64,000 nucleotides of DNA from an uncultured Gammaproteobacteria bacterium (lineage in GTDB: Bacteria > Pseudomonadota > Gammaproteobacteria > Pseudomonadales > Litorivicinaceae). The notes beneath the pieces were generated by a model. It was not told the DNA's origin and searched no databases. It saw only the letters and a list, made by a program, of their open reading frames with translations. Below are positions 1 to 11,106 of this stretch, piece by piece. The first letter of the stretch is position 1. Each line of letters starts with the position of its first letter. The position numbers and the translations under genes were made by a program. The stretch is taken from assembly GCA_913057215.1 (NCBI GenBank), contig CAJXNQ010000006.1, forward strand, positions 5,117 to 69,116, read 5' to 3'.

Positions 1-362
1 CAAGTGCCGACAGCGATCCAGGTGTGTTATCCGTGCAGCGCATTCATCGACTCTATAAACATCACGGAATCCAAACCATCGTCATGGGGGCTTCATTTCG
101 AACCGCAGAACAGGTCCTGGCACTGGCAGGCTGCGATCGGCTGACAATCAGCCCTCAGATCCTCGAAGAATTGGCACAAAGTCATGCGCCCTGTCACCCG
201 ATTGAGACACCGGCGCGGACAGATCAGCCGTTGCCAGAGATCAACCGAAACCAGTTCCTATTGGCACTGGCCGCAAATCCCATGGCCACCGAAAAACTCG
301 CCGATGGCATCACCCGATTCATCAATGACCAACGGACGCTCGAATCGCTTTTACTGGGCTGA
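1..362 (+). CDS. tal: Transaldolase, C-terminal fragment (gene starts upstream of the window)
   Basis: The reading frame is open to the window edge. The tail IVMGASFRTAEQVLALAGCDRLTISPQILEEL...ATEKLADGITRF matches the conserved C-terminal half of TalB-type transaldolases. Confidence 0.8.
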   Translation, partial: SADSDPGVLSVQRIHRLYKHHGIQTIVMGASFRTAEQVLALAGCDRLTISPQILEELAQSHAPCHPIETPARTDQPLPEINRNQFLLALAANPMATEKLADGITRFINDQRTLESLLLG

Positions 363-1064
363 GTCGAGATCGTCTAAAAACGGATCATCCATGAAAAGGT
401 CAACCGCAATCCCGTCATTGATCTCATAATCGCGGCGTTGCTGATACGCAGAGCGCATCAGCACATAGGGATCACCGGCAGCTTCAGGCTCAACGCCCAG
501 AAAACCTGCACGGGTCTGCACACCATCCACTACAAACAATTCGGTGGCACCCACTTCGTCCTGCCATGCCACGGGATTCAATGGACGATCGGCCACCCGA
601 CCGGTCAACCCACGGACATCACTCGGACCGAGGATTGGCAACACCAAATAAGGACCTGAACCCACTCCCCAGATTGCTAAGGTTTGCGAGAAATCCTCAT
701 TCTCTCGCTCGATCCCCATGCCGCCTGCGACATCGATCAGTCCATAAATTCCGATGGTTGAGTTAAACACAAATCGCGTCAACGACCGGGCCGCCTTCCC
801 AGGCTTACCCTGCAATAGTGCATTGACCATGGTCACAGGCTCACCAAGATTGTTGAAAAAGTTCCGAATACCTTTTTCAACCGGTGCTGGCGTGACTGCT
901 TCGTAGCCTTCCGCCAAGGGTTTGATCACATACCGGTCGGCCCGCTCATTGAAGGCGAACATGGCGCGATTCCAGTCCTCAAACGGGTCGGTATCGGTTT
1001 CAGAATTGGCAAATGTCGGCGTGCCTAACAGGAGAGTCAGACACACTATGGATAACAATTTCAT
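351..1064 (-). CDS. mlaA: MlaA/VacJ family outer-membrane lipoprotein
   Basis: N-terminal signal peptide MKLLSIVCLTLLLGTPTFA. MlaA core FNERADRYVIKPLAEGY...FFNNLGEP...NSTIGIYGLIDVA. I chose the ATG at 1064 (ATGA overlap with the hrpA stop) rather than the ORF-track start at 1169. Confidence 0.85.
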   Translation of the reverse strand: MKLLSIVCLTLLLGTPTFANSETDTDPFEDWNRAMFAFNERADRYVIKPLAEGYEAVTPAPVEKGIRNFFNNLGEPVTMVNALLQGKPGKAARSLTRFVFNSTIGIYGLIDVAGGMGIERENEDFSQTLAIWGVGSGPYLVLPILGPSDVRGLTGRVADRPLNPVAWQDEVGATELFVVDGVQTRAGFLGVEPEAAGDPYVLMRSAYQQRRDYEINDGIAVDLFMDDPFLDDLDSAQ

Positions 1065-4000
1065 TGACGATAGTCCTTCAATGCCTGCTCGAGTCGTTTG
1101 AATGAGACCTTGTCCCGTGATTTCAATGTTTGCGCGAAACAGAGTACGCGAAACTCCTCGATTTGCCACCTCAATTCAACCAGTGCTGGGTCCTGTCGCT
1201 CCCAATCATCCGGATACGACGGCCACATACGCTGTAACGCGGTCTCAAGCTGACTGACCTCTTGAGTCCACTGTGCATCCAATAACAAGCGGCCGGACAA
1301 CTTCTCAAGTCGTATCTCGATCCCTTGGATCAACCGGTCGAGTGATTCAAGGTGATGCGGCGGTGTCCGCTCCAGCGGTGCATCCATGAGCGCACTCAGG
1401 TGTGCACGCATATCGCCAATTGGCTTGAGCCACGCTGGTGGAATCTTCCCTTCAAGGCGCTGTTTGAGCTGACGCGCCCGCAAGATGGCCGCAGAAAGCG
1501 AGCGTGCAATCGCCGTCGCACGCGCCGCAAGCACCCCACGGATCTCAACCTTGAGCGCGTGAAACGAGGCCGCATTACGCACTGAAGTCATGTCTAGGGC
1601 GCTACTGGCTGAGACCACCGCGTGGTGAAAGCGCTGCTGTTGTTCTCGATTTCCACACACAACAACCACATGTTTAGCGTACTCCGCGTCGGTCGCCTCC
1701 AGATGACGGAAGACATCATGACAGGCATGAGCCAATAAGGCTGCGACCGCCTGGCGATGACACAGGATCGCCTCCTTTGGATCATAAAACGTCCGTTCCA
1801 TGATTTTGCCATCGACATATTGGAGTCGTGGGTAGGCATTCAGTTGCACACCTCCGTCGTGCTGTGACTCGACTTCGTTGAGCTCGAGATCTTGAGGCCA
1901 GGATTTCAGCGCCCGGCGTTCAGGCTCTGCGATTTGAGGCACCTGGTCTTTCAATCGACTTTTCAGCGCATCTAAATCACGATCGGCATCGATCACATGA
2001 CCCTCTGAGTCGACCACCTCAATACGAAGTCTCAATCGTTCATCAATCACAACGTCTTGCCACATGGCTTGCGTAATCCGCGTGCCGGTTCGTTTTGTGA
2101 TCAGCCGCGCCAATCCCTCAGAGAGCGTTTCTGTCGTTTCAATTAAGGGCAAGGCATCTCGCACAAAATCAGGGATTGGCACCAACTGACGCCGAATGGA
2201 CTTGGGCAATCCACGAATTAAAGCATCGGCCTTCTCAGCGCGTGCGCCCGGAATGGTCCAATCCATGACGGCTTCATCCAATTGCATCAGAGCCGACAGT
2301 GGCACTTTGACAGACACCCCGTCTTCATCGCGCCCAGGGGCAAACTGATAGTCTGCGGGCACACTCAAATGTCCAAGTGAAATCCGCTCTGGAAATAAGG
2401 ACGGATCCGGTGCCACGTTTCGATCTGCCAAGACATCATCCAACGCCAAGAACAATCGATCTTCGCGCTTGGCATCTTTTTTCAGCCAAGCGGCCAGACC
2501 CCGAATACTCTGAATCGACTCAGGGATCCGTGCATCAAACCAGTCCACCAGTTCATCGGGCTCTCGCATGAGGTCAACCCGTCGTAGCTTGGCTTGCATT
2601 TGCTCAGCTTCAGCAAAAATCGCTTGATTGTGTTTCATAAAACGAAACGGACGTCGCACAGCCGCCTCGATCACGCCTTCTCGAATCAGTAGACGCCGGG
2701 CTTCTGTTGGATCGATCGACTCGAGACCGACGGGTTCGCGCTCTTTGAGGCGTAAGCCAAACAGCCGCGTGGTGCGATAGCACAGGGCACGTCCTTGTTT
2801 TTTTGACCAGTGCGGTTCGCTGTGGCTGTACTTCAACAGCTGAGGCACCGCCTCAATGACCCACTCGGGTTCAATCCGTGCCAACATCCGCGCGATGACC
2901 CGATGCGTCTCAACCAACTCCCCGGCCATGACCCATTTTGGCTGACCATCGAGTGCGGCCTTCGGGATTCGAAACCGACGTTGTCGAACGCCAAGATAGT
3001 CTGTGTCTTCACGCTGACCAATTTGATTGGCAAACCCGGTCAAAAGCGCGGTGTGGATACCGCGTCGATCCAGTTCACCCAAGCGCGCGTGAGGTACATT
3101 CGGGAAGCACAATACAATTTGTCGGTGGACTTCGCGCCATTCTCGGATTCGGTTGTACTTCAATCCCTCTCGCTCACACCACTTCCGAAACTGATTATGA
3201 CTCCGCGCGTCACGCTCGCGCTCAACCGCCTGCCAAAACTGAATCCACGTGATGAACTCGCTTGAGGGATCTCGAAACTGCTCAAATAATCCAGCGTGCT
3301 CGAGTGGCGATTGGATTGATAAGGTGGCCGCAATCAAACTCACGTCCCAAAACACCTGCCGCTGCTCTGCCTCGATCAGCATGCGCCCGATACGAGGATC
3401 AATTGGCATCCGAGCAACGCGTCGACCCAGCGCTGTGAGCTGCATGTGGGCATTGACCAAGCCAACTTCACGCAATTGACTAAACCCATCGCGGATGAGT
3501 TGGCTCTCAGGCGGATCGACAAAGGGGAACTGTTCAGGATCACCAAGCTGTAGGTCGAGACACTGCAATACGACCGAAGCCAAATTAGTCCGCATGATTT
3601 CTGGATCGGTGAACGCAGGTCGCGCTTCAAAGTCCTCACGATCATAGAGCCGAATCGCAACGCCCGGCTCGATACGACCACACCGGCCGCTGCGCTGATT
3701 GGCACTGGCTTGACTGATGGGCTCAATCGGCAGGCGTTGGAGGCGACTGCGCGGTGAATAACGACTGATTCGGGCAACGCCGGAATCAATCACATAACGA
3801 ATCCCAGGGACCGTCAACGAGGTTTCAGCGACATTGGTTGCCAATACAATACGTTGTAATCCGGATTGGTCCGGATTGAATATCCGGGCCTGTTCTTGAC
3901 TGCCCAGCCGCGCATATAAGGGTAATACGTCGAGCCGATCAATGGCGGCATGTCGTAAGTACTGGGACACATCCCGGATCTCGCGTTCACCGGGTAGAAA

Positions 4001-4771
4001 CACCAAAATATCACCGAGCCGGATACCGAGTTCACGATCACGCGCTCTTAAATCAAGGATTGATTGATGCACCGCTTTGGCAATCCGAGTCGCATCGACC
4101 TCATCGGCACTCACATCACGCATCGGTGCATAGCGCACCTCGACTGGGAAGGTGCGGCCGGATACGCTGACCACAGGCGCATTCTGAAAATGCGCGCTGA
4201 ATTTCTCATAGTTAATCGTTGCTGAGGTCACAACGACCTTAAGATCGGGGCGTTGTGCCAACACTTTGGTCAAAATACCGAGTAGGAAATCAATATTTAG
4301 ACTGCGCTCGTGCGCTTCATCAATGATGACCGTGTCGTAGCGTGAGAGCAGCGGATCATCCCGAAATTCGGCCAAGAGCAAACCATCTGTGACCAATTTG
4401 ACAGCTGTCTCTTCTGACACCTGTCCCTGGAAACGCACCTGGTACCCACAGAGTCCTCCCAAAGGTTCGCCAAGTTCTTCGGCGATCCGACTTGCGACAG
4501 AACGGGCTGCGATCCGACGGGGTTGTGTGTGAACAATCTGTTGACTCACACCGCGTCCCATCGCCAGGCACAGCTTTGGCAGTTGAGTCGTTTTACCCGA
4601 CCCGGTCTCACCGACGACGATGACAACCTGATGCGCACTGAGGGCTTCTCGAATCTCCTGCAATGCGTCAGTCACCGGCAAGTCTGGAAAATGAATTCCA
4701 AGCGTTTCATCGGGACGACGCGGGTGATTTATCGACAGGGTGATTTCAGGCAAAACGGTCTCACGGCTCAA
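1061..4771 (-). CDS. hrpA: ATP-dependent RNA helicase HrpA (DEAH-box)
   Basis: 1236 aa. Walker A GETGSGKTTQLPK, DEAH box IIDEAHERS, SAT motif, then the helicase C and HA2/OB-like region typical of HrpA. Confidence 0.95.
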   Translation of the reverse strand: MSRETVLPEITLSINHPRRPDETLGIHFPDLPVTDALQEIREALSAHQVVIVVGETGSGKTTQLPKLCLAMGRGVSQQIVHTQPRRIAARSVASRIAEELGEPLGGLCGYQVRFQGQVSEETAVKLVTDGLLLAEFRDDPLLSRYDTVIIDEAHERSLNIDFLLGILTKVLAQRPDLKVVVTSATINYEKFSAHFQNAPVVSVSGRTFPVEVRYAPMRDVSADEVDATRIAKAVHQSILDLRARDRELGIRLGDILVFLPGEREIRDVSQYLRHAAIDRLDVLPLYARLGSQEQARIFNPDQSGLQRIVLATNVAETSLTVPGIRYVIDSGVARISRYSPRSRLQRLPIEPISQASANQRSGRCGRIEPGVAIRLYDREDFEARPAFTDPEIMRTNLASVVLQCLDLQLGDPEQFPFVDPPESQLIRDGFSQLREVGLVNAHMQLTALGRRVARMPIDPRIGRMLIEAEQRQVFWDVSLIAATLSIQSPLEHAGLFEQFRDPSSEFITWIQFWQAVERERDARSHNQFRKWCEREGLKYNRIREWREVHRQIVLCFPNVPHARLGELDRRGIHTALLTGFANQIGQREDTDYLGVRQRRFRIPKAALDGQPKWVMAGELVETHRVIARMLARIEPEWVIEAVPQLLKYSHSEPHWSKKQGRALCYRTTRLFGLRLKEREPVGLESIDPTEARRLLIREGVIEAAVRRPFRFMKHNQAIFAEAEQMQAKLRRVDLMREPDELVDWFDARIPESIQSIRGLAAWLKKDAKREDRLFLALDDVLADRNVAPDPSLFPERISLGHLSVPADYQFAPGRDEDGVSVKVPLSALMQLDEAVMDWTIPGARAEKADALIRGLPKSIRRQLVPIPDFVRDALPLIETTETLSEGLARLITKRTGTRITQAMWQDVVIDERLRLRIEVVDSEGHVIDADRDLDALKSRLKDQVPQIAEPERRALKSWPQDLELNEVESQHDGGVQLNAYPRLQYVDGKIMERTFYDPKEAILCHRQAVAALLAHACHDVFRHLEATDAEYAKHVVVVCGNREQQQRFHHAVVSASSALDMTSVRNAASFHALKVEIRGVLAARATAIARSLSAAILRARQLKQRLEGKIPPAWLKPIGDMRAHLSALMDAPLERTPPHHLESLDRLIQGIEIRLEKLSGRLLLDAQWTQEVSQLETALQRMWPSYPDDWERQDPALVELRWQIEEFRVLCFAQTLKSRDKVSFKRLEQALKDYRQ

Positions 4772-4854
4772 ACTTCCCGAACGCTAGTGGCTTCTGAGAA
4801 AAAATCAAGCAGATCCTTTCCGCAGATCGCCAAGTGTGTAAATCTTGAGCCATC

Positions 4855-6255
4855 ATGAATGACTGCTTTCCAACAGACACCCACGCATCAATTGCAGGCG
4901 ATACGATCGCTCGAGCGGCAATCTATCCGAGGAATCACTTGGCAAAGCTCAGTCAATCTGAGGTCAACACACTGATTGATCAGACTGATCAAGGCCTCTA
5001 CCCGTTGATCCGAAAGTGTGTGCTTGCAGTCTTAAATTCGGGTGTCAACTCGGATGATGGCGCCGCAATGTTTGCCCGATTCGCTCAGTTTTCAATTGAA
5101 TTTGAGCGGGACCCCAGAGGTTTAAAACTGATCCTCAACCATGCGCCTGCCCATGCTTTTGTCGACGGAACGCTCATTGAAACCATCCATGATCATGTGT
5201 TCGCAGTCCTCCGTGATTTGGTCTATGTCAGGCGGTTGCAAAGCCCTCAGGCACCCAATGCCGACTCACCCACCGACTTGATCTTCCAAATCCTTCGCCA
5301 TGCGCAGGTCTTCGACAGGAGCAATGAGCTGTCCTGTGTCGTCTGTTGGGGTGGTCATGCTGTCCCAAAAGAAGAATACGATTACAGCCAAGCCGTGGGT
5401 CGGGAGCTCGGGCTTCGACGCTTTGACATTTGCACAGGCTGCGGGCCTGGAGCGATGAAAGGTCCGATGCGCGGCGCCTTACTGGCGCATCGTCGCCAGC
5501 ATCACAATCACGGTCGGTTTTTAGGCATCACCGAGCCCGGAATCATTGCGGCGGAGCCACCCAATGGGGTTGTGAACGACATCGTGATCATGCCTGACAT
5601 CGAAAAACGTCTCGAAGCCTTTGTCCGAGTCGCACATGCGATCGTAATCTTTCCAGGCGGTGCAGGCACCTTTGAAGAGCTTCTATATCTCTTAAGCATC
5701 CGCCTGCATCCAAAAAACGCGACCAGTGCACTGCCAGTCATCCTGACAGGACCCACCAGCGCCGCCCCTGTGATTGAAGCCTACCTTCAATTCATCGAGC
5801 AGACCCTTGGCCCTGAGGCATGCGACATGCTGTCAGTCATTGTTGATGCACCGTCTGACGTGGCTTCGGCCGTGCAGGCAGGCCAAGGCCGAGTCCGTGC
5901 GCAGCGTATCGAACAACACGATGCCTATGACTTCAATTGGACGCTTCACATCCCAGCGGAGTTACAAACACCTTTTGATCCGACACATGCAAACATGGCT
6001 GGACTCAATCTCTCGAAAGACCAACCGATCGGCGCATTGGCGATCCAACTCAGGTGTCTGTTTTCCGGGATTGTTGCTGGCAACGTTAAACCGGCCATAC
6101 AAGCAGCCATTCACGCTGAGGGGCCTTTCTCAATCACAGGTGATCCGACGATCATTTCTGCACTTGACCGACTTTTGAATCAACTGGTCGCCGAACAGCG
6201 TATGAAAATCCAAGGAGACTATGAGCCGTGCTATCGACTCACCCTCGCCTCCTGA
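4855..6255 (+). CDS. ppnN: Pyrimidine/purine nucleotide 5'-monophosphate nucleosidase PpnN (LOG family, YgdH-like)
   Basis: 466 aa, collinear with my recollection of E. coli PpnN. Shared segments: CWGGH, ICTGCGPGAMKGPM, GITEPGIIAAEPPN, IMPDIEKRLEAFVR, FPGGAGTFEELLYLL, FSGIVAGNVK. Confidence 0.9.
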   Translation: MNDCFPTDTHASIAGDTIARAAIYPRNHLAKLSQSEVNTLIDQTDQGLYPLIRKCVLAVLNSGVNSDDGAAMFARFAQFSIEFERDPRGLKLILNHAPAHAFVDGTLIETIHDHVFAVLRDLVYVRRLQSPQAPNADSPTDLIFQILRHAQVFDRSNELSCVVCWGGHAVPKEEYDYSQAVGRELGLRRFDICTGCGPGAMKGPMRGALLAHRRQHHNHGRFLGITEPGIIAAEPPNGVVNDIVIMPDIEKRLEAFVRVAHAIVIFPGGAGTFEELLYLLSIRLHPKNATSALPVILTGPTSAAPVIEAYLQFIEQTLGPEACDMLSVIVDAPSDVASAVQAGQGRVRAQRIEQHDAYDFNWTLHIPAELQTPFDPTHANMAGLNLSKDQPIGALAIQLRCLFSGIVAGNVKPAIQAAIHAEGPFSITGDPTIISALDRLLNQLVAEQRMKIQGDYEPCYRLTLAS

Positions 6256-7037
6256 AGGTGCTTAGCGCCTTGGGTGCGCTCGCACGGGCGTTGCTTCGAA
6301 TCACGCTGCTCATGGCTTGGCTGGTTCTTTCACTCGTCAGCCAAATTGCAGGCTTTATTTTGAGAACAGGCGATGGACGGCATCTGCGACTCCGCTTTTA
6401 CCGCGGTGCGCTTCGGATTCTCGGTATTCGTATCCAGGAGTTCGGGGATTTTAGTTCCAGACGGCCTTTATTTTTAGTCGCCAACCATGTGTCCTACTTG
6501 GATATTTTTATTTTGGGAAGCCTGATCCCTGCGGTGTTTGTGTCAAAGCGCGAAGTTCGCCACTGGCCACTGGTCGGATGGATCGCAGCGATCCAAAAAA
6601 CCATCTTCATCACGCGTAACCCACGACAGGCTGCGCTTGAAGTCCAGCCATTGATCGAAGCGCTCAATGACGCACACAACGTCATTGTTTTTCCTGAGGG
6701 AACTTCAACGGATGGACAACAGGTTCAGCGATTTAAAACCACACTCTTCGAGGCACCGATTCAGGCCAATGCATTCGTGCAACCCGTCGGTCTGGTCTAT
6801 CGCGATCGCACCGGTGGCGAGTTGTCCAACAAAGATCGCGCGTTTTATACCTGGGGAACCGATGCTCCCTTTTTTTCACATTTTTTAAAACTGATCGTGC
6901 GTCCGGGTGTCCTTGTCGAGGTCTGGATTCGCCCAGTGATTGCGCCGGACCTACCCCGAAAACAATTGGCCAACAAGGCTGAACAGCGGGTCCGCTCACC
7001 CATCAGGCGGCGCACCACGCTCCAGCACCACGACTGA
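6228..7037 (+). CDS. Lysophospholipid (1-acyl-sn-glycerol-3-phosphate) acyltransferase family protein
   Basis: N-terminal TM segment, HX4D block NHVSYLDIF and FPEGTSTDG block of PlsC-type acyltransferases. The GTG start at 6228 overlaps the ppnN end; an alternative GTG at 6258 is possible. Confidence 0.75.
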   Translation: MLSTHPRLLKVLSALGALARALLRITLLMAWLVLSLVSQIAGFILRTGDGRHLRLRFYRGALRILGIRIQEFGDFSSRRPLFLVANHVSYLDIFILGSLIPAVFVSKREVRHWPLVGWIAAIQKTIFITRNPRQAALEVQPLIEALNDAHNVIVFPEGTSTDGQQVQRFKTTLFEAPIQANAFVQPVGLVYRDRTGGELSNKDRAFYTWGTDAPFFSHFLKLIVRPGVLVEVWIRPVIAPDLPRKQLANKAEQRVRSPIRRRTTLQHHD

Positions 7038-7394
7038 TGCCGCATGGGTGCGCTCGTCGGTCAAACTGACATGTGCGTGCATTGCATATAGATCGACCGC
7101 ATCACTCACCCGCTCACTCCATCGCAGCATCGGTTTACCCAAGGTATCGTGCACCAGGCTGATGTCTTGGAATCCAAAACCACGACCGAGACCTGTCCCA
7201 ATCGCTTTTGAAAACGCTTCTTTGACAGCAAACCGTTTGGCTAAAAAACGCGGCTGCAACACCGGCTTCAAGACTAAAAATTCAGACCACTCCGAATCCG
7301 CTAAAATACGCTTTGCAAACCGATCGCCGTGACGCTCCAAGGCGTGTTGCATGCGTTCAATCTCGACCAGATCAATTCCGATCCCAGAAATCAT
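6996..7394 (-). CDS. acpS: Holo-[acyl-carrier-protein] synthase
   Basis: 132 aa. [15 protein letters not shown]...[10 protein letters not shown] matches the AcpS 4'-phosphopantetheinyl transferase pattern. Conserved pdxJ-acpS pairing with an ATGA overlap. Confidence 0.9.
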   Translation of the reverse strand: MISGIGIDLVEIERMQHALERHGDRFAKRILADSEWSEFLVLKPVLQPRFLAKRFAVKEAFSKAIGTGLGRGFGFQDISLVHDTLGKPMLRWSERVSDAVDLYAMHAHVSLTDERTHAASVVVLERGAPPDG

Positions 7395-8125
7395 CGGGTC
7401 GCACGATCCATGATGGCGCGAAACTCGTGTACCGCCGCAGGCAGCCCGACCATCAGTGCGCGAGCAATCAGAGAATGACCGATGTTCAACTCATGCATAC
7501 CCTCAATGGCTGCGATCGAGGCCACGTTGAATTTAGTCAGTCCATGTCCAGCATTGACGACGAGCCCCCGGGATTGAGCATGCGCAGTTGCCTGAACCAG
7601 TCGATCGAGTTCAACCTGTTGCGCGTGTGTATCGACCGCATTGGCATATTCACCGGTGTGCAATTCAATCACTGGCGCTTCAATGTCAGCGGCCGCATCA
7701 ATTTGTGCATCATCGGCATCAATAAAGAGGCTGACTTCAATGCCAGCGTCTGACAGTTTTGCGACCTGTCTAGCCAGCTCAGACTGTTGGTTCACGACAT
7801 CCAGCCCACCTTCAGTGGTGACCTCACGTCGGTGTTCAGGGACAATGCAGACTGCTTTTGGCAATGCTTTCAATGCAATGCGGACCATTTCGTCGGTCGC
7901 AGCCATTTCCAGATTCAACGGTGTTCTACAATGCGCTCGCAACTCCCACAGATCATCATCTTTGATATGTCGACGGTCCTCACGAAGGTGAACCGTCAGA
8001 CCATCTGCACCGGCCTCCTCAACGGCCAGCGCCATCTGTAACAGTGAGGGGTCTTGCCCTCCACGCGCATTTCGAAGCGTTGCGACGTGATCAATATTCA
8101 CTCCGAGTCTGACGTACTGTGTCAT
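7391..8125 (-). CDS. pdxJ: Pyridoxine 5'-phosphate synthase
   Basis: 244 aa. [43 protein letters not shown] are classic PdxJ blocks. Confidence 0.95.
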   Translation of the reverse strand: MTQYVRLGVNIDHVATLRNARGGQDPSLLQMALAVEEAGADGLTVHLREDRRHIKDDDLWELRAHCRTPLNLEMAATDEMVRIALKALPKAVCIVPEHRREVTTEGGLDVVNQQSELARQVAKLSDAGIEVSLFIDADDAQIDAAADIEAPVIELHTGEYANAVDTHAQQVELDRLVQATAHAQSRGLVVNAGHGLTKFNVASIAAIEGMHELNIGHSLIARALMVGLPAAVHEFRAIMDRATR

Positions 8126-8133
8126 CCTGTGTC

Positions 8134-8784
8134 CTATTTCATGAGTTCCCGTGTGATGAGCCGTTTACCACCTAAAGCCGCATCAATTAGACTCCGATGC
8201 AGCCAAGTCGCAAAGGCGACTTTACTGCCCGGTACAAATGAGGCATTTGCGATTGCAAGCCACTGATCGCCTAACAGCGCATCTGCTGCATGGGCCTCAA
8301 CAGCAACCAACGACTGATTTTGGTGAAGACGATACCAAGCCTCGGGATCAATTGCCTCTCCGTACTGATCAACGGCAAGTTGTGGATAGCCACCCACTGA
8401 ATTGAGCAACAGCCGCTCAAGACGCCGCAAAACAATATAGTCCCCACGCGCAAGCGCTGCCAAGATCTGCGTGTACTCATCAAATATTCCAGGCAGTTCA
8501 GCGCCTTCGGGAATCATGAGTGTCATGATCTCATTGGCGTAGAGCGCAGCAATCAATCGAGTCCCATCGAGCGGCACTCGGGCTGCGGCCTGTTCGATGT
8601 TTGAGAGCCGCGCCAAGCCTGTTGCAGGCGCCTTGAGCGTGGCGCATAACGGCTGAAACTCTGCACATCGCCCGCGACCACCGCGTGCAACACCACGATA
8701 GGTGATGTCGTCTTCACTCAATACAGTCACAAGCACGCTCGTTTCTCGATACGGCTGCTTTTTCAGCACCCACATCCGCTGCAT
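8134..8784 (-). CDS. recO: DNA repair protein RecO
   Basis: 216 aa in the conserved rnc-era-recO context. The N-terminal OB-fold-like segment ([21 protein letters not shown]) and overall length fit RecO. Confidence 0.85.
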   Translation of the reverse strand: MQRMWVLKKQPYRETSVLVTVLSEDDITYRGVARGGRGRCAEFQPLCATLKAPATGLARLSNIEQAAARVPLDGTRLIAALYANEIMTLMIPEGAELPGIFDEYTQILAALARGDYIVLRRLERLLLNSVGGYPQLAVDQYGEAIDPEAWYRLHQNQSLVAVEAHAADALLGDQWLAIANASFVPGSKVAFATWLHRSLIDAALGGKRLITRELMK

Positions 8785-9674
8785 CAGTCGAACTCAGCAT
8801 ATCCAAGCGACTTTAACGCGCGCTCGTCATTGGACCAACTGGCACGCACTTTGACCCACAGCTTCAGGGCGACTTTGGCATCTAACAGATCCTCCAGTCG
8901 AATCCGCGCCTCGGTCCCGATTTGTTTCAAACGCCCACCGGACTCACCGACCAAGATTGCTTTTTGCCCTTCACGTTCCACGCTGATCAACGCATGTATG
9001 CCAACGCGATCATCAGAACGTTCAAAAGTTTCAATCTCGACGGTCGTCTCATAAGGCACCTCATCTCCCAGTTGCCGCATGATTTGCTCACGGACAATCT
9101 CAGCCGCTAAAAACCGCTCAGAGCGATCGGTGATCTGTTCAGAATCGTATAAAAAAGGCCCTTCAGGAACGGCCTTTTGCAAAATTGAAATCAATGGATC
9201 GAGGTTTATATTTCGAAGCGCAGACAATGGAAATACTTCGTCAAATGAATGCGTTTGTATGACCTGCTCAATATGAGGGAGTAACTCGTTTTTGTCGGCC
9301 AACTGATCCACTTTGTTGATCACCCAGAATTTGGGGCATTCCACCTGCGCCAATTTTTGATATACACGTTCATCAAGATCCGTCCAGCGCGTCCCTTCAG
9401 TCAGCATCGCCACAGCATCCACTCCTTTCAGTGCCTGCTCAGCAGTCTGGTTCATCATACGATTCATGGCTTTCGGCTGATCGGTGTGCATTCCCGGCGT
9501 ATCAACAAATGCCAACTGCACATCACCCTCTGTCCAAATACCCAGCACCCGGTGCCGGGTCGTTTGCGGCTTTCTTGAGGTGATCGAGAGCTTAAAACCC
9601 AGTATATGATTGAGGAGCGTCGATTTGCCCACATTTGGACGCCCCACAAGGGCCACAAAACCAAATCGTGTCAT
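8784..9674 (-). CDS. era: GTPase Era
   Basis: G1 GRPNVGKST, G3 DTPG, G4 NKVD, C-terminal KH domain. 296 aa. Confidence 0.95.
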   Translation of the reverse strand: MTRFGFVALVGRPNVGKSTLLNHILGFKLSITSRKPQTTRHRVLGIWTEGDVQLAFVDTPGMHTDQPKAMNRMMNQTAEQALKGVDAVAMLTEGTRWTDLDERVYQKLAQVECPKFWVINKVDQLADKNELLPHIEQVIQTHSFDEVFPLSALRNINLDPLISILQKAVPEGPFLYDSEQITDRSERFLAAEIVREQIMRQLGDEVPYETTVEIETFERSDDRVGIHALISVEREGQKAILVGESGGRLKQIGTEARIRLEDLLDAKVALKLWVKVRASWSNDERALKSLGYAEFD

Positions 9675-10354
9675 GTGCCCCGCGCCTGCAGTGTTGTCAA
9701 TACATCGAGGGCCGCTGCTTGCTCTGCCTCTCGTCTTGAGCTCCCGCTGCCCTCACCGGCGACCTCCATTTGCTCGGAGCGACATTGCACTCGGAAAGTC
9801 TGTGCATGAGCAGGACCGGATACCTCAAGGACCTTGTACGAGGGCAATTCACAGCGAGCTTGCTGCAGCCACTCTTGCAATGCAGTCTTTGGATCTTTCT
9901 CAACCTGACTTGGATCCACAGAGGCAAGCTCTGACTCCAACCATTTCTGAATGCAGCGCTGGCATGCCACCATGCCACCGTCGAGATAAATGGCCCCAAT
10001 CACTGCTTCCATGGCATCAGCCAAGATTGATTCGCGTCGCCGACCGCCACTTTTGCGCTCTCCAGACCCCAGGCGAATGGAATCCCCCAACTGCAGTCGG
10101 CGAGCCAGCTCAGCCAACGATTGCCCACGGACCAACGCTGCGCGCATGCGCGTCAGTTTTCCCTCACGTGCATCTGGATAGCTCTGATACAAAGACTCCG
10201 CGACCACAAAATTGACGATGGAGTCACCCAAAAATTCAAGACGCTCGTTGTGTGCGAGACCCACACTTCGATGCGTCAACGCGGACTCGAGATGTCCGAT
10301 GTCCTGAAATTGATAGCCAAGCCTGGATTGCAAATCATCCAGTGATTGCGTCAC
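9671..10354 (-). CDS. rnc: Ribonuclease III
   Basis: RNase III signature NERLEFLGDS, plus a C-terminal dsRBD (...GPAHAQTF...GSSRREAEQAAA). Confidence 0.95.
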   Translation of the reverse strand: MTQSLDDLQSRLGYQFQDIGHLESALTHRSVGLAHNERLEFLGDSIVNFVVAESLYQSYPDAREGKLTRMRAALVRGQSLAELARRLQLGDSIRLGSGERKSGGRRRESILADAMEAVIGAIYLDGGMVACQRCIQKWLESELASVDPSQVEKDPKTALQEWLQQARCELPSYKVLEVSGPAHAQTFRVQCRSEQMEVAGEGSGSSRREAEQAAALDVLTTLQARGT

Positions 10355-11106
10355 TGGATCACCCGCACGTCAGAAAATGAAGGAAGCGAAAAAAACGAAT
10401 CCCAATGCATCCACACGGCAAACGCCCGACCCACGATTAAGGAATCATCCACGAAACCCCAAACACGGCTGTCGTTCGAGTTATCACGATTGTCACCCAT
10501 GACAAAAAACTGATTTTCAGGGATTTCAATCGGACCAAAATCGCGTCCGTTGGTCATCCGACGCCAAATTCGATGCTCGCGCTCACCGAGCGATTCAATC
10601 GCCTCTTGAGTCAGCGGGGGTACAGCCAGCTCGCCGGACGGTTGGACCGGCCTCAACGTCTGTTCCACACCATTCACATACAGTGTCTTATTCTGATAGG
10701 CGACCGTGTCACCCGGTAGGGCAACAACACGTTTTATGAAATTGATGCGCGGATCGGATGGATATTTAAACACCATTACATCACCGCGGGCAGGTTCACT
10801 GATTTCAACCACTGTAGTCCCCACAACTGGGAGCCTTAATCCATAGTCAAACTTATTGACCAAGATAAAGTCCCCAATTTTCAGTGTCGGCAACATTGAC
10901 CCACTGGGAATCTGAAAGGGCTCGAATAAAAATGATCTCAACACCAGCACAAGCGCAAGGACTGGAAAAAATGAACGGCTGTAATCAATCAAGAGACCAG
11001 GCGCAGCATCGCCTCGACGTGCTTTGAAAAACAGGAGGTCCAAGGCGTAGATACAACCGGACACCAGGACAACAATGACCAGAATCAGTGTGAAGTCCAT
11101 ACTCAA
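10351..11106 (-). CDS. lepB: Signal peptidase I
   Basis: N-terminal TM segment, catalytic Ser block [10 protein letters not shown], Lys block KRVVALPGD, and [11 protein letters not shown] box. Confidence 0.9.
   Translation of the reverse strand: MSMDFTLILVIVVLVSGCIYALDLLFFKARRGDAAPGLLIDYSRSFFPVLALVLVLRSFLFEPFQIPSGSMLPTLKIGDFILVNKFDYGLRLPVVGTTVVEISEPARGDVMVFKYPSDPRINFIKRVVALPGDTVAYQNKTLYVNGVEQTLRPVQPSGELAVPPLTQEAIESLGEREHRIWRRMTNGRDFGPIEIPENQFFVMGDNRDNSNDSRVWGFVDDSLIVGRAFAVWMHWDSFFSLPSFSDVRVIQ

Noticed and set aside
2810-3265. 151-aa and 104-aa plus-strand ORFs inside hrpA. Similar antisense ORFs lie inside SulP (52942-53472, 53725-54156), DUF3422 (26661-27179) and rpoE (16379-16915).
   Set aside because: All lie antisense within strongly supported genes. 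They show no motifs or start signals and have the skewed composition typical of shadow frames.
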